IMG/VR virus record: IMGVR_UViG_3300037585_002406
Length of the DNA: 64,000 nucleotides
Reading direction: 5' to 3' (one strand)
DNA from: an uncultured virus (IMG/VR IMGVR_UViG_3300037585_002406)
Taxonomy: Duplodnaviria; Heunggongvirae; Uroviricota; Caudoviricetes; Crassvirales
Shown here: positions 1 through 9,631 of the stretch, in pieces
Position numbering within the stretch: the first letter of the stretch is position 1
How the letters are laid out: every line of letters begins with the position of its first letter
Program-made: the position numbers and the translations under genes
The notes under the pieces: model-generated
The model's input: the letters and a program-made list of their open reading frames with translations, nothing else
The model's database searches: none
What the model was told of the DNA's origin: nothing

Positions 1-2
1 GC

Positions 3-338
3 GGAGGCTTAGGTATTGTAAAGAACCTGATTGCTACTGATGATAGTGTTGACTCGGAAGAGGCTCAACGTGTGATCGACGCAGAGGTTAGATTCCAAGA
101 GAACGTCACAGAGCGATGGAAAGCCGATATGGGTAGCGACGTTAAGCTGGCTAAGTTAATACGTCCAGTGACGCTTATATGCCTTATGGCTATGTTTATG
201 CTTACTATGTTTATAGACAGCATGGATAACGTAGCATTCAATGTAAAGGATTCATATGTATCCCTACTTGAGCTGCTAATGTTGACCGCCTTCGGTGCGT
301 ACTTTGCAGGGCGTACTATTGAGAAGAAAAGTAAGTAA
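3..338 (+). CDS. Holin-like membrane protein (3TM holin-like), 5' truncated by the window
   Basis: Frame is open from position 3. ERWKADM..IRP motif, two hydrophobic helices, then AYFAGRTIEK at the C-terminus. Confidence 0.65.
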   Translation, partial: GGLGIVKNLIATDDSVDSEEAQRVIDAEVRFQENVTERWKADMGSDVKLAKLIRPVTLICLMAMFMLTMFIDSMDNVAFNVKDSYVSLLELLMLTAFGAYFAGRTIEKKSK

Positions 339-697
339 TGTATACATATAATATAGATGTTGTCAGGGTAATAGATGGCGATACCATTGACGCTAAAATA
401 GATTTAGGATTTGATGTGTCTGTTAAGAAGCGTGTGCGCTTTATGGGTATCAACACCCCTGAGTCAAGGACTCGTGATCTTGAAGAAAAGAAACGAGGCT
501 TGGCAGCTAAGGCTAGAGTCCAGGAATTGCTTGATGAAGCTAGCGAGATACAGCTTACTTCACACGGAGTAGGAAAGTTTGGTAGGTGTTTAGGGGAGCT
601 TAATCTTTGTAATAGCGATGGATTAACAATGGTTAACCTCAATAACAAGCTTATCGAGGAGGGACACGCTGTGGAGTATCACGGAGGTAAGCGGTAG
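338..697 (+). CDS. Thermonuclease (SNase-like)
   Basis: VRVIDGDTI, RVRFMGINTPE and GKFGRCLG motifs. Confidence 0.85.
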   Translation: MYTYNIDVVRVIDGDTIDAKIDLGFDVSVKKRVRFMGINTPESRTRDLEEKKRGLAAKARVQELLDEASEIQLTSHGVGKFGRCLGELNLCNSDGLTMVNLNNKLIEEGHAVEYHGGKR

Positions 698-709
698 GCA
701 CGATATTTG

Positions 710-717
710 TATCTTTG
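710..717 (+). promoter_or_regulatory. Bacteroidetes -7 promoter element (TATCTTTG) upstream of hsp20
   Basis: Exact TAnnTTTG in intergenic DNA. Confidence 0.7.
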
Positions 718-781
718 CTGGTGACTTTAGGGCACCAACCTTATTTTTAACCGCCACCTTAGGGGGCACAAACATAACAAT

Positions 782-1207
782 ATGACACATTTATTATTCA
801 AGGACATGCAGCGCAGTCCATTAGACATTCTTGTAAAGAATTTCTTTGACAAGGATTCTGTTTTTGACAGACCGACAAGACAAGTTGTCACACATCCAAT
901 AGACGTTTACGAAACAACAGACGGGTTAACCTTTGAGGTAGCCTGCACAGGTCTCGATAGAGACGATGTAGAAGTAAAGATAGAGGGGGATACGTTAAGG
1001 GTATCTCACGAAGCTGAAATAAAAGAATCCGACGGATTCCATCACACCTACCATTCAGGCATAAGGCGTAGTAGCTTTAATCTAGGGTGGAAGATATCAC
1101 GTAGATTTGATCTCACTGATATAAAAGCGGAAATGAAAAACGGACTGCTTACGCTGTCCGTCCCATATTCCGAAGAATCAAAACCTAAATCAATTAAAAT
1201 AAAATAA
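782..1207 (+). CDS. hsp20: Small heat-shock protein (Hsp20/alpha-crystallin)
   Basis: HPIDVYE, GIRRSSF and AEMKNGLLTLSVP..KPKSIKI motifs. Confidence 0.92.
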   Translation: MTHLLFKDMQRSPLDILVKNFFDKDSVFDRPTRQVVTHPIDVYETTDGLTFEVACTGLDRDDVEVKIEGDTLRVSHEAEIKESDGFHHTYHSGIRRSSFNLGWKISRRFDLTDIKAEMKNGLLTLSVPYSEESKPKSIKIK

Positions 1208-1235
1208 TTTTTCTTTAGGTTGGTGTCCTTAAAGT

Positions 1236-1622
1236 CTATACTAAACTTAGCTTTTCTAGCTCTAGCTCATTAATCCTACTCTTATACTCGATTATACGAG
1301 CATCTATTAGCATAACCTTATACTTTATTGTAGCCTCATGCATAGATACTTTAGCTACATCTTTGGCTACATCGTATCTCTCAGCATAACCCTTCCATGT
1401 CTTTAGATTACCGTCATGTTGTTTATTATAATGAATAACCGTGGTTCTATCTTTGTTCATAGCTTTAGCTATATGAGTTGGCTTCATGTATTCAGATAAT
1501 GCTGCACCTATAGCAGCTCTAGTCTGAACTTGTTCATCATGCCTTCTGTCTGTCTTTTCTAAATTCAAGACTCTGTACGTAAGGTCTACAACCTCACTCG
1601 CTTTTTCGATTAAATGTTTCAT
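1236..1622 (-). CDS. DnaA C-terminal-like HTH DNA-binding protein
   Basis: IAKAMNKDRTTVIHY resembles the DnaA domain IV RDHTTV motif. Confidence 0.6.
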   Translation of the reverse strand: MKHLIEKASEVVDLTYRVLNLEKTDRRHDEQVQTRAAIGAALSEYMKPTHIAKAMNKDRTTVIHYNKQHDGNLKTWKGYAERYDVAKDVAKVSMHEATIKYKVMLIDARIIEYKSRINELELEKLSLV

Positions 1623-1674
1623 TTTATTTTATTTAAGTAGTATAGCTGTGTAACCCAGCACTGATCAAACCTTT

Positions 1675-3567
1675 TCATCGCACTGGACAAGCACCGCCTG
1701 CACAATCATCTATTTCTATGTCCTCCATCTTTATATCCTGTATGGATGTAATAGGAGTACATTCCTTCTTCATCTTGTTATATGTTTTCTTATCAATTTC
1801 CTCCAATGGAGCTTGATCGAATCCATGATCATTATGTAATAGAAAGGATACAGATTTTACGTTTGTGTAATTCTCGCGTAACCACGCCTTAATTACATCC
1901 AATTCATCCTTCCTATAGTAAACGGTCACCGACACCGAGTTATCGCTCCATTCGGCCTGTAAACGCTTTATAACCTCTAATTGATCTACTGCTGACATGT
2001 CCCCCGCAAACATAGTTCCTTTCGGGAACTTGCATGGGAAGCTCACAACCACTGTTGAGTGATCATCTGTACCGTCAAAATTTCTTACATATTCTACGCC
2101 GAACCCATTGTTTCTGCACACGCCGACCAACTCGCTATCAGCAGACATTCGTATTCGTCTGATATAGTGTTCCGAGTATCCAGGGTGTGCTCCTGGTGTA
2201 ACGCCAGCAAGTAGACTAAGCGTTCCAGATGGCTTAACTGTTGTAAGTTTAATAGATGCTGGGTATCCTGCGTCTCTAGAGTAAGTTCTATCATATTCAC
2301 GTAGGTAAATATAGCAAATTTCAAGCCAGCTGCGTTGCTCCTCTGTTGCCTGTAGATAACCTGTCACACCTATCCCCATCCTCATATTTTTATGGACGAT
2401 ATCTTCTGTCTCTTTGACAGAACATTTAATAGCGAGGCTGTGTTTATTGATGCGGTACAGGTATCGAGCTACCTTTTTAAGTTCTGTTAATGATTCTATA
2501 TTGGGTAGGTATATCTCCGCAAGACAGCATGTCTCGTATGGGGCTAACGATTGCTCGGCACACGGATTATACCCCATGACATCTGGGTCAGGGTATTGTT
2601 CCTCACCTGTCCTGCCCATACGTCTAGACGAATCAAGATTAATCAATCCATATGGCTCACCATTACCTTTATAACCCTCCCAAAATTCATCTGGCAACTG
2701 ATCTATATCATCACACACAACAGAGTTGTTAGACATTGCTCTCCAGTTAGGGATACCGCCTAGGTCCCAACGCTTAGCACGTAAGTATTCTAAATCATCA
2801 TGATCCCCTAGTGCAATCTGGGCTGAACGCCTAACATTACCAGCAACTACAATCTTTCCTATGATGTTCATAACATCCAGACAATCAATAGGTTGTAGCC
2901 TTTTGTTAGAGCGATTGTTTAAGATAGAATTAATCTCCTGCATACCCCATATAAGATCCTTACTGCCTGATGCGGTACCTCCAAAGCCTTGGATCTTAGA
3001 TCCAGCTGGCCTGATCAGGTGGGTTGCATATGTGAACCCCTCACCAGTTACAAAGCTAGCCTCAAGCACACGCTTAAGTAGTTCAGTCCATCCTTCACGT
3101 GAGTCTGGCACAATGAAGTCAGCGCCGTTGTCATTTACATTTTCTATCTTAACCTTACGTTTAACCTTAGGTAGCTGATACACATGTTCTCTCTGTATGT
3201 TATACCCGACACCGCTTCCAAGCATAAGCATTTCAAACGCCCAAGTAAATGGACGGATAGGTTCATCAACTACAGTAAATGCACAGTTCTGCAGAGAAGG
3301 TAAGCCTAATCTGTCTACAGTTTTTGTGCCAAGCTGCCATAAAAATCTACCAGCAACTGTTCCCTTCAGAGACATCATCATCTTCTTTATCTCCCTCTGA
3401 TCGTATGTATTGAAGTCGCAACCAAGCTGTTTATTACAGGCCTCAACAACCCTATCAACAGTCTGCTCCCACTCCTCTGATCCGTCTTTTGTTGGACGAG
3501 CATACGTTCTTTTATAGGTAGCGTATCCTACCTCCCCCCAAGGGATGTCTTCTGATTTGTGCTTCAT
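1675..3567 (-). CDS. nrdJ: Class II (adenosylcobalamin-dependent) ribonucleotide reductase
   Basis: YKRTYAR, NCAF, GNVRRSA, NPCAE, TTVKPSGT and C-terminal CAGGACP. No small-subunit gene nearby. Confidence 0.92.
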   Translation of the reverse strand: MKHKSEDIPWGEVGYATYKRTYARPTKDGSEEWEQTVDRVVEACNKQLGCDFNTYDQREIKKMMMSLKGTVAGRFLWQLGTKTVDRLGLPSLQNCAFTVVDEPIRPFTWAFEMLMLGSGVGYNIQREHVYQLPKVKRKVKIENVNDNGADFIVPDSREGWTELLKRVLEASFVTGEGFTYATHLIRPAGSKIQGFGGTASGSKDLIWGMQEINSILNNRSNKRLQPIDCLDVMNIIGKIVVAGNVRRSAQIALGDHDDLEYLRAKRWDLGGIPNWRAMSNNSVVCDDIDQLPDEFWEGYKGNGEPYGLINLDSSRRMGRTGEEQYPDPDVMGYNPCAEQSLAPYETCCLAEIYLPNIESLTELKKVARYLYRINKHSLAIKCSVKETEDIVHKNMRMGIGVTGYLQATEEQRSWLEICYIYLREYDRTYSRDAGYPASIKLTTVKPSGTLSLLAGVTPGAHPGYSEHYIRRIRMSADSELVGVCRNNGFGVEYVRNFDGTDDHSTVVVSFPCKFPKGTMFAGDMSAVDQLEVIKRLQAEWSDNSVSVTVYYRKDELDVIKAWLRENYTNVKSVSFLLHNDHGFDQAPLEEIDKKTYNKMKKECTPITSIQDIKMEDIEIDDCAGGACPVR

Positions 3568-3609
3568 TTTTAGTTATTTTTTTAGATGAAAAGGACGGCT
3601 AATATAGCG

Positions 3610-4113
3610 CTAAATATCCTTCTTGTCAAGTGATTGAGGGTCAATGTACCAATCTCTATAAGGTACTATCTCATAGCTACTTAGCTCCCTAAGATCATGC
3701 AAAGCAAGTAATGTTATCTGATCCTGTCTGTCTTTTCTCTGATATATTTTACGGTATGCATCCTTCTTCCATACCTTCTTGCTAAAGTCTACATTCTTTT
3801 TGCACCACTCAAGCAGATCCTCACGCTCGACTCGTACATAACCTCCAACCTCAACCATTTCGAATGCTATCCATTTTGCTTTACCGAGAAGCCACCCAGC
3901 GTCTCCTCGTACATTTTTAAACTCTACCCAGATCTCATCAGGTAAGTTATTACCCTTGACATCAACACCGTCTTCACCGTGCCAATAATCAACGTGCATT
4001 TTTATATCCTCATCTCTCGATGATTTAACAGCATCTGGACAAGCCCTTTCATAACGGGTCGCAGAAACGCCGCCGTCCCTCCAGGACCGCCTAAGTCTAC
4101 CTTTACTTACCAT
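3610..4113 (-). CDS. Putative PD-(D/E)xK restriction-like nuclease
   Basis: D..HVDY..VDVKG..WVEFKNVRG.GWL pattern. Confidence 0.5.
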   Translation of the reverse strand: MVSKGRLRRSWRDGGVSATRYERACPDAVKSSRDEDIKMHVDYWHGEDGVDVKGNNLPDEIWVEFKNVRGDAGWLLGKAKWIAFEMVEVGGYVRVEREDLLEWCKKNVDFSKKVWKKDAYRKIYQRKDRQDQITLLALHDLRELSSYEIVPYRDWYIDPQSLDKKDI

Positions 4114-4117
4114 AGTA

Positions 4118-4333
4118 TTACAGGTTGTTTATTTCTTTTGCAGCTTCCCTAATAAGATCAAGCTCGATATTCATTGCTTGTCTCAGTTCCAGTATTGCCC
4201 TGTTTATTTTATCCTTATCTGTAATTGGCTCACCTTGTTCGTCATGCATGAAATCATCATAATAGGCGGTCACATGCTCACGCATACGTACACATGCTTT
4301 ACAGTACTGCCAACTAAGTTCTTCCTTCGTCAT
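4118..4333 (-). CDS. Hypothetical protein
   Basis: ORF tightly packed in the operon. Confidence 0.6.
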   Translation of the reverse strand: MTKEELSWQYCKACVRMREHVTAYYDDFMHDEQGEPITDKDKINRAILELRQAMNIELDLIREAAKEINNL

Positions 4334-4769
4334 TTTGAATAGATTTTAGTATTTCATCAACCGCTTGGTCGACCTGTTGTTTATTTCTTGCAAGGTACAC
4401 ATCGTACCCTAAATCATTGTTCATTATATACCCTAAAAATATCTTCCACCGCATCGGAAAATCATGATGAGACGGTAGATATCCTTTGGTCTCTATAATC
4501 CACTTATGATCCTTCCCTACAAAATCAGGAGTGTACCGAATCGGTTGCTGTATTGAGTTGCTACGATCAGACATGAGTTTCTTCTTTGCGGTCATCTTAA
4601 AATACTTATTAGTGAATCTAAAAGAATCCATAAGAGTAAACTGTGTTTCCTCATAGGTAAAACTTATGCCTGATTCACGAAGCTTGTCTGAACAATACTT
4701 CTCAATCGCGGACTTGAATTTTCCTAATGATTTTTTTTTGGGTGCGCGTTTGCGCTTATTTCTTTTCAT
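4314..4769 (-). CDS. Endonuclease I-like / Holliday junction resolvase-like nuclease
   Basis: FKSAIE..YE..YTPDF..IIETKG. Likely start is MKRNK at 4769. Confidence 0.75.
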   Translation of the reverse strand: MKRNKRKRAPKKKSLGKFKSAIEKYCSDKLRESGISFTYEETQFTLMDSFRFTNKYFKMTAKKKLMSDRSNSIQQPIRYTPDFVGKDHKWIIETKGYLPSHHDFPMRWKIFLGYIMNNDLGYDVYLARNKQQVDQAVDEILKSIQNDEGRT

Positions 4770-4809
4770 TGGAGGACAAGTTACAGTCATTCATACTCCC
4801 CTTCCAAAT

Positions 4810-6612
4810 TTATTTTAATAAAATTTCAGAGAAATTTATTGCAGATTGCTTATCTCCCTCAAAATGAATAGGTTCGAATAATCGGTTCCTGGTTTCCCAT
4901 GATGTAAATCCAGTGTGAGATAGGTTCATTAGTAGATTATATGGCTGATCAAATGGTGTAGGCTGACCGCCTGTCTCTACTTCACGCACTTTACGCACGT
5001 GGAACTCACTGAGTTTACGTATGTTATGGTCTGGTGCTTGAACCTTTCGGTGAATAGTAATAAAGCAATCAGCACGGTTAACAAATTTACCGCCTCCCTC
5101 TGTATCCTCAGCAAATGGTGCAATTGGAAGGCCGTCTGGACCTTTACGCCTTTGAGCTTCTGTTACAGCGTGCATGTTTAACCACACAGCTACGTTGTTT
5201 GCTGTTGAATACGTAAGGAACTCACTAGCAGCCTCATAGTGGTAGTCATGTACACCAATACTTGAGTTCTTCATATCTAACTTCAATGAGTTATAAGGAT
5301 CTACGAAGATGGCATCTATTTGTTGTTGCGCCCTAACCTTCTCCATGAAGACTATAATGTCGCTATAACTATACACCTGGTTATTATTGATGATAGTGAA
5401 GTGAGATTGTACCCATTTGTACGCCTGCTTGCGCTGAGCGTATGTCATGTCACCGACCTTACGGTCTGCTGCAAATTGCATAAGTTGCATCTTTACTGAT
5501 GCGGTTCTGTTCTCTGATGAGTATATTAACCACTTCCAATCATGACGAATAGCTGAGTTGGCTATAAGGTACAGCGCTGTAGTTGTCTTACCTACGTTGC
5601 TATGCCCGTTCATGATCACGAACTCTTTCTTGTATCTGAAGTATTCGTCTAATTGTGGATCTCCAGTATCTAAACCTACCTCAATATTACCTTGTGAGAA
5701 GTCATCAATCCATCTGAAGTCCTCATCGTCTGATGATATAAATGACATATCGCCATCGTTAATGAGCATCTGACGCTTAGCTTGTTTCTCTTCGTCAATG
5801 ATCTCACGTATGGGTGCGTTCTTACCGTTCTCGATCATATCTATAATAGTAGCCATAGCATGATCGTCAGACTCTATATCTCTTTTAGATATCTCACGGA
5901 ATAAAACGCGAACCGCCTCTTCTTGTTCCATACGTCCAGCAGCTATGTATCCACCACACAAACGTGCAGCCTTTACAAGAGCTCTATGCTTGTCTCCATC
6001 CTCAGCAGCCCGTATGATACGTGCAGCCAAGTTTAGCTTCATATAGTCTGTATACTTGTATGCCTCGTTTGTAGGTGTCTGAGCCTCAGCAAATTCCGTA
6101 GAGAATGCCCCAAACTTCTTCCATTCATCTTTTATAATAATGTCTGGATCGTGAGATTCGAAACACGCACGAGATTCGTTTATACCAGATTCATCTACCT
6201 CTAAGGTGTATTGCTTATTGAAGTATGTGCACAAGGCACGGAAATGATCTCTATGCCTCTCTGGGTTTGTTATTTGAACAAGCGCCTTAACGCCGTCACC
6301 AGACGGTGATACCCAGCATGAATGGACATAGTTGTCCGTAGCCAGAGCCGTCTTCGTTGCGTCAACATTAACGTGATCAAAGTCCAGAACAATGAATCCG
6401 CTATGTTCGAATAGTGCATCATCATTTCTTGTCGAAAACTCTCCACTAAAACATACAATCGGAAGCTTACGCTTCTTTTCTTTTTCACCATCACGTACTT
6501 GTGCTATGAGAGAACCAGACTTCCCCGACTGTATCCTCTTCAGTGCTGTCTCCAGCTGTATGTGGTGTGGTGCTTCCTTCTCGAAGACGTTCTTGAATAT
6601 TGTTACTTTCAT
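4810..6612 (-). CDS. Primase-helicase (VirE-N/BT4734-like N-terminus plus SF4-like helicase)
   Basis: K.KLP..FSGEF..HSG...LDFDH and SPSGDGVK in the N-terminus. Walker A GHSNVGKT, then VDPYN and KVRE.ETGG. Confidence 0.85.
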   Translation of the reverse strand: MKVTIFKNVFEKEAPHHIQLETALKRIQSGKSGSLIAQVRDGEKEKKRKLPIVCFSGEFSTRNDDALFEHSGFIVLDFDHVNVDATKTALATDNYVHSCWVSPSGDGVKALVQITNPERHRDHFRALCTYFNKQYTLEVDESGINESRACFESHDPDIIIKDEWKKFGAFSTEFAEAQTPTNEAYKYTDYMKLNLAARIIRAAEDGDKHRALVKAARLCGGYIAAGRMEQEEAVRVLFREISKRDIESDDHAMATIIDMIENGKNAPIREIIDEEKQAKRQMLINDGDMSFISSDDEDFRWIDDFSQGNIEVGLDTGDPQLDEYFRYKKEFVIMNGHSNVGKTTTALYLIANSAIRHDWKWLIYSSENRTASVKMQLMQFAADRKVGDMTYAQRKQAYKWVQSHFTIINNNQVYSYSDIIVFMEKVRAQQQIDAIFVDPYNSLKLDMKNSSIGVHDYHYEAASEFLTYSTANNVAVWLNMHAVTEAQRRKGPDGLPIAPFAEDTEGGGKFVNRADCFITIHRKVQAPDHNIRKLSEFHVRKVREVETGGQPTPFDQPYNLLMNLSHTGFTSWETRNRLFEPIHFEGDKQSAINFSEILLK

Positions 6613-6865
6613 TTTCGTTTGCAATCATTAATAGGATCATGTATCCTGCACAATCCATAAGTGTATCTTCTGTCTCATCATTGAGACCTACATTGGCTAT
6701 TCTTTTTAGCTTATCATCAAGTCTTATTCTTATTGCTTCGGACGCTTTAAGAGAAGAAAAAATGCCTACAGGATTCAAAGCTGAATCGCCATAAGCATTG
6801 TTCTTCTTTATAAGCAAGTCCTCAAGCTCAGCGCACTTGAATTGTATTTTCTCTTTTGTGTTCAT
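6491..6865 (-). CDS. Nucleotide-modification-associated domain protein (DUF1599/Nmad1-like)
   Basis: KKNNAYGDS..RLDDKLKRI..DTLMDCAGY. Confidence 0.75.
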   Translation of the reverse strand: MNTKEKIQFKCAELEDLLIKKNNAYGDSALNPVGIFSSLKASEAIRIRLDDKLKRIANVGLNDETEDTLMDCAGYMILLMIANENESNNIQERLREGSTTPHTAGDSTEEDTVGEVWFSHSTST

Positions 6866-7097
6866 CTAGTGTTATTTGTGAGCGTGATAACTCCACACAA
6901 TCCAATATCTCACGTATGATAATTTCTTTATTCTTTGCCTTTGCCGTGAAGTATTTCTGACGAAGGCGGTGCATAGCTCTACTATCGTAACGCATGATAT
7001 CAGATGGCGTGTCGAATACTGTGACTATATACTCAACACGCTCATGTACGACCTTCCGTTTCTTGAAGGCGACACGAGCGTGCAAGTATTTAATCAT
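6828..7097 (-). CDS. Hypothetical protein
   Basis: ORF in the operon; start is uncertain. Confidence 0.5.
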   Translation of the reverse strand: MIKYLHARVAFKKRKVVHERVEYIVTVFDTPSDIMRYDSRAMHRLRQKYFTAKAKNKEIIIREILDCVELSRSQITLDEHKRENTIQVR

Positions 7098-7101
7098 AGG
7101 T

Positions 7102-7410
7102 TTAGAATGGCATGTCACTTGTTACAGCTTCTGCTTCAGCTTTTGCCTGCTTCTCAGCACGCTTAGCCTTAGCTGCCTCACTATTCGGATCGAATACCGA
7201 ACAACATGGCTTACCATTTTTAGACATGAAAAGCTTTACGTATACGTTACCGCCTTGCCCTTCAGCATTGCGCGTAGTCGCAAATTTTTCAATCATTTCT
7301 TTCAACTCGCTGTCCTTAAACTTAACAGACCAACTTGAAAGGTTCCCCTCGTACATACGAGGCTCTTCGCAGTACCCAACGAGTACTGAATCATAACTTT
7401 GATCACTCAT
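7102..7410 (-). CDS. Putative single-stranded DNA-binding protein
   Basis: Small beta-rich protein ending in the acidic-aromatic tail DMPF, next to recombination genes. Confidence 0.6.
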   Translation of the reverse strand: MSDQSYDSVLVGYCEEPRMYEGNLSSWSVKFKDSELKEMIEKFATTRNAEGQGGNVYVKLFMSKNGKPCCSVFDPNSEAAKAKRAEKQAKAEAEAVTSDMPF

Positions 7411-7482
7411 GATACAAATGTATTAATTATTAAAAAGTGTATTGCGTAGATTATTAATAGGTTCCACGCGACCTTACATGTT

Positions 7483-8244
7483 TTATACAATAAATTCTGC
7501 ATAACTGTTCTGTGTTGGTGAGCCTTCGGTTAACCATTCTTTGATGTTACCGACCGCTTCATTAAATTTCATTTCTCCTTTGAATAGTGTTTCGTCTGAA
7601 CACTTAACTAAGGCTGGGTAGAATGGGTAGGCTTTCTCCTGGACGACCCAGTAGTAATCCTTAATTCCAAATACCTCTGTGTATATGTAGGCTTGGATGT
7701 CATAACTCCAGCTGTTTACATCGTAACGGAATTTACTTACGCTACGTGAAGACTTACTGTCTGTTATGAAACCATCCCCCAAGCAATCAAGGAAGCCCCT
7801 GACAGGTACACCGTCAATCTCTTCATTGAATTCTACTTGGTATTGTCCACTGAGATAGCTACTGAGTAGACCACAGGCTTCAAGCCTCTCGATCATCTCA
7901 CTCGCTTTCTTCCAGTCTTCTTGCGTGACGAGCGTTTTCCCCTCATTCTTTTCAGCAATCTCTGCCTTCCATTCTCGATAGCGCTTAGTATTTCTAGGAT
8001 ACTTACCACCAATATCGGCGACAATATCGCCATCATCCAAACGATAAAATTGACCATCTAATTTCTCTGGTTCGAACAGCATCATGTCGTATAGACTACC
8101 AAATGTCAATGCATCTGATTCTTTTCTAAGTTGACCCCTCATGTACATCTCCCAGAGACGCATGTCTCCGAGGGCGTGCTTGATCGAGGAATAAGAAAGG
8201 TGTCCCTTACCTACACTGTCTGTTAATTGTTGTCTTAAATCCAT
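7483..8244 (-). CDS. RecE/exonuclease VIII-like PD-(D/E)xK exonuclease (DUF3799-like)
   Basis: LSYSSIK, FGSLY, RGFLD, DSKS, YDIQAYIY and VQEK.PF motifs. Confidence 0.8.
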   Translation of the reverse strand: MDLRQQLTDSVGKGHLSYSSIKHALGDMRLWEMYMRGQLRKESDALTFGSLYDMMLFEPEKLDGQFYRLDDGDIVADIGGKYPRNTKRYREWKAEIAEKNEGKTLVTQEDWKKASEMIERLEACGLLSSYLSGQYQVEFNEEIDGVPVRGFLDCLGDGFITDSKSSRSVSKFRYDVNSWSYDIQAYIYTEVFGIKDYYWVVQEKAYPFYPALVKCSDETLFKGEMKFNEAVGNIKEWLTEGSPTQNSYAEFIV

Positions 8245-8392
8245 ATCTTAAAATCTCTTATTATATCATCATCAAAATATCCTGCATCGACTTCACCACA
8301 GCTACGACACTTAAAAGCACAGCTATCTGATGTATCTATATACTGTATGTATAAGCATCTGCTACATTGTGCTTCTTCAGTTGAGCCAAACT

Positions 8393-8941
8393 TCATCGTA
8401 CAAACTTCTTAAGTCCAGCTACTTGCTTCTCAGTGAGTTGCTCGCCATATTTAGTTACCACAGAATCAAACGCTTTACGCTTATCTACTGATGCCTTAAT
8501 ATACCCGACCGCTTTATCCATAATATTTTCTAGTGGCTTAGGTGTTTCCTTAACCGCAGATGATGATAGTGATGAATCACTTGATTGCTTAGCAATAGCG
8601 TCCGTCACTTCATTTGCTGATGCGATAGATGTATCAATACCTATACCCATCATAGCAAGAGCTCTACCTATAGCTGATGTTTCGCAGTTCTCTACGTAGC
8701 TTGTCTTGTTAATATGACTAGATGACCTCTCCTCATGTGCATGTCCAGAAGCTATAACGCGCTGATTAGGGTCAGCTATAACACACTTACATACACACAT
8801 CTCTGAATCCAACGCTGTGAATTCTGTTGAGATTGTCCAGTTTTTGTACTCATCTTCCTGACGGAAGAACTTAATACGCTCGTTTACTTCGACGTACTGC
8901 TTGCCACGTATGTTCGTGGTCTTAAATTTATACTTACTCAT
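8393..8941 (-). CDS. Single-strand annealing protein (Sak/Rad52-like)
   Basis: IRGKQYVEVNERI and ENCETSAIGRALA; adjacent to the exonuclease and SSB. Confidence 0.7.
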   Translation of the reverse strand: MSKYKFKTTNIRGKQYVEVNERIKFFRQEDEYKNWTISTEFTALDSEMCVCKCVIADPNQRVIASGHAHEERSSSHINKTSYVENCETSAIGRALAMMGIGIDTSIASANEVTDAIAKQSSDSSLSSSAVKETPKPLENIMDKAVGYIKASVDKRKAFDSVVTKYGEQLTEKQVAGLKKFVR

Positions 8942-8963
8942 TATACATTAAATTATATTGTTG

Positions 8964-8994
8964 CAAATTTACTTATTAAAAATGTTCTAAACAA
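8964..8994 (-). promoter_or_regulatory. Bacteroidetes promoter TTG-N20-TAAATTTG
   Basis: Both -33 and -7 elements lie upstream of the recombination operon. Confidence 0.7.
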
Positions 8995-9371
8995 GATATT
9001 TCTCGTTTAATTTTCAAATACATGCCAAGACTTTGCATCATCTTGACCGCACCTGATTTTATTCCATGCGTTGCTCGCTCGTAGTCTACCTTAAAGGTTT
9101 GCTCTGATCCGAGTAGCTCCTCGATAAGCTCCTCACCCGCATGATTAGATGCGAGCTCATCAAGTAAATCATCCATAGTGGAGGCGGTTACTTCTATGAA
9201 TATATTGACTATATCCTCTGGTGTCCATGTCTTCCACTCGTCATACCCAAACTTCTCGATGTCTATCCTGCACAGATTACCTGCACAATCTACTATCTCA
9301 AAGTCATCATCATCTTCACAATCATGGATGAAGATATCTATGTATCGTAGTGCGTCCTCATCTGTAATCAA
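8976..9371 (-). CDS. Hypothetical acidic protein
   Basis: ORF track; start overlaps the upstream stop. Confidence 0.55.
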   Translation of the reverse strand: MITDEDALRYIDIFIHDCEDDDDFEIVDCAGNLCRIDIEKFGYDEWKTWTPEDIVNIFIEVTASTMDDLLDELASNHAGEELIEELLGSEQTFKVDYERATHGIKSGAVKMMQSLGMYLKIKREISCLEHF

Positions 9372-9547
9372 AATCCGAAGTTTTTACATGTTTCATAAAA
9401 GTTATCTGTTGCAATAACTCTGCTTTGTGTGTCGAGATTCCTATCCTCATATTCTTTTATGAACAGCTTGATAAGATGCATAGCGTCCACATGCTTGGGT
9501 GTTAGTTGCATACTTGGGGGTATTAAAAATTCTGTTGTGTTACTCAT
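9368..9547 (-). CDS. Hypothetical protein (59 aa, MSNTTEF...)
   Basis: Translated manually; coupled to neighbouring ORFs. Confidence 0.5.
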   Translation of the reverse strand: MSNTTEFLIPPSMQLTPKHVDAMHLIKLFIKEYEDRNLDTQSRVIATDNFYETCKNFGF

Positions 9548-9620
9548 CTTTATTTGCTTGATAGGTTAAATAAATAGCACCGACTATATAGAATAGTGCT
9601 ACAGGTATTAGTGTTGTCAT
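9540..9620 (-). CDS. 26-aa hydrophobic peptide (MTTLIPVALFYIVGAIYLTYQANKDE)
   Basis: Translated manually; one transmembrane-like stretch. Confidence 0.45.
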   Translation of the reverse strand: MTTLIPVALFYIVGAIYLTYQANKDE

Positions 9621-9631
9621 GTTAATTAAAT

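Noticed and set aside
720..781. CIRCE operator upstream of hsp20
   Set aside because: The TTAGGGCAC-like words do not match TTAGCACTC-N9-GAGTGCTAA.
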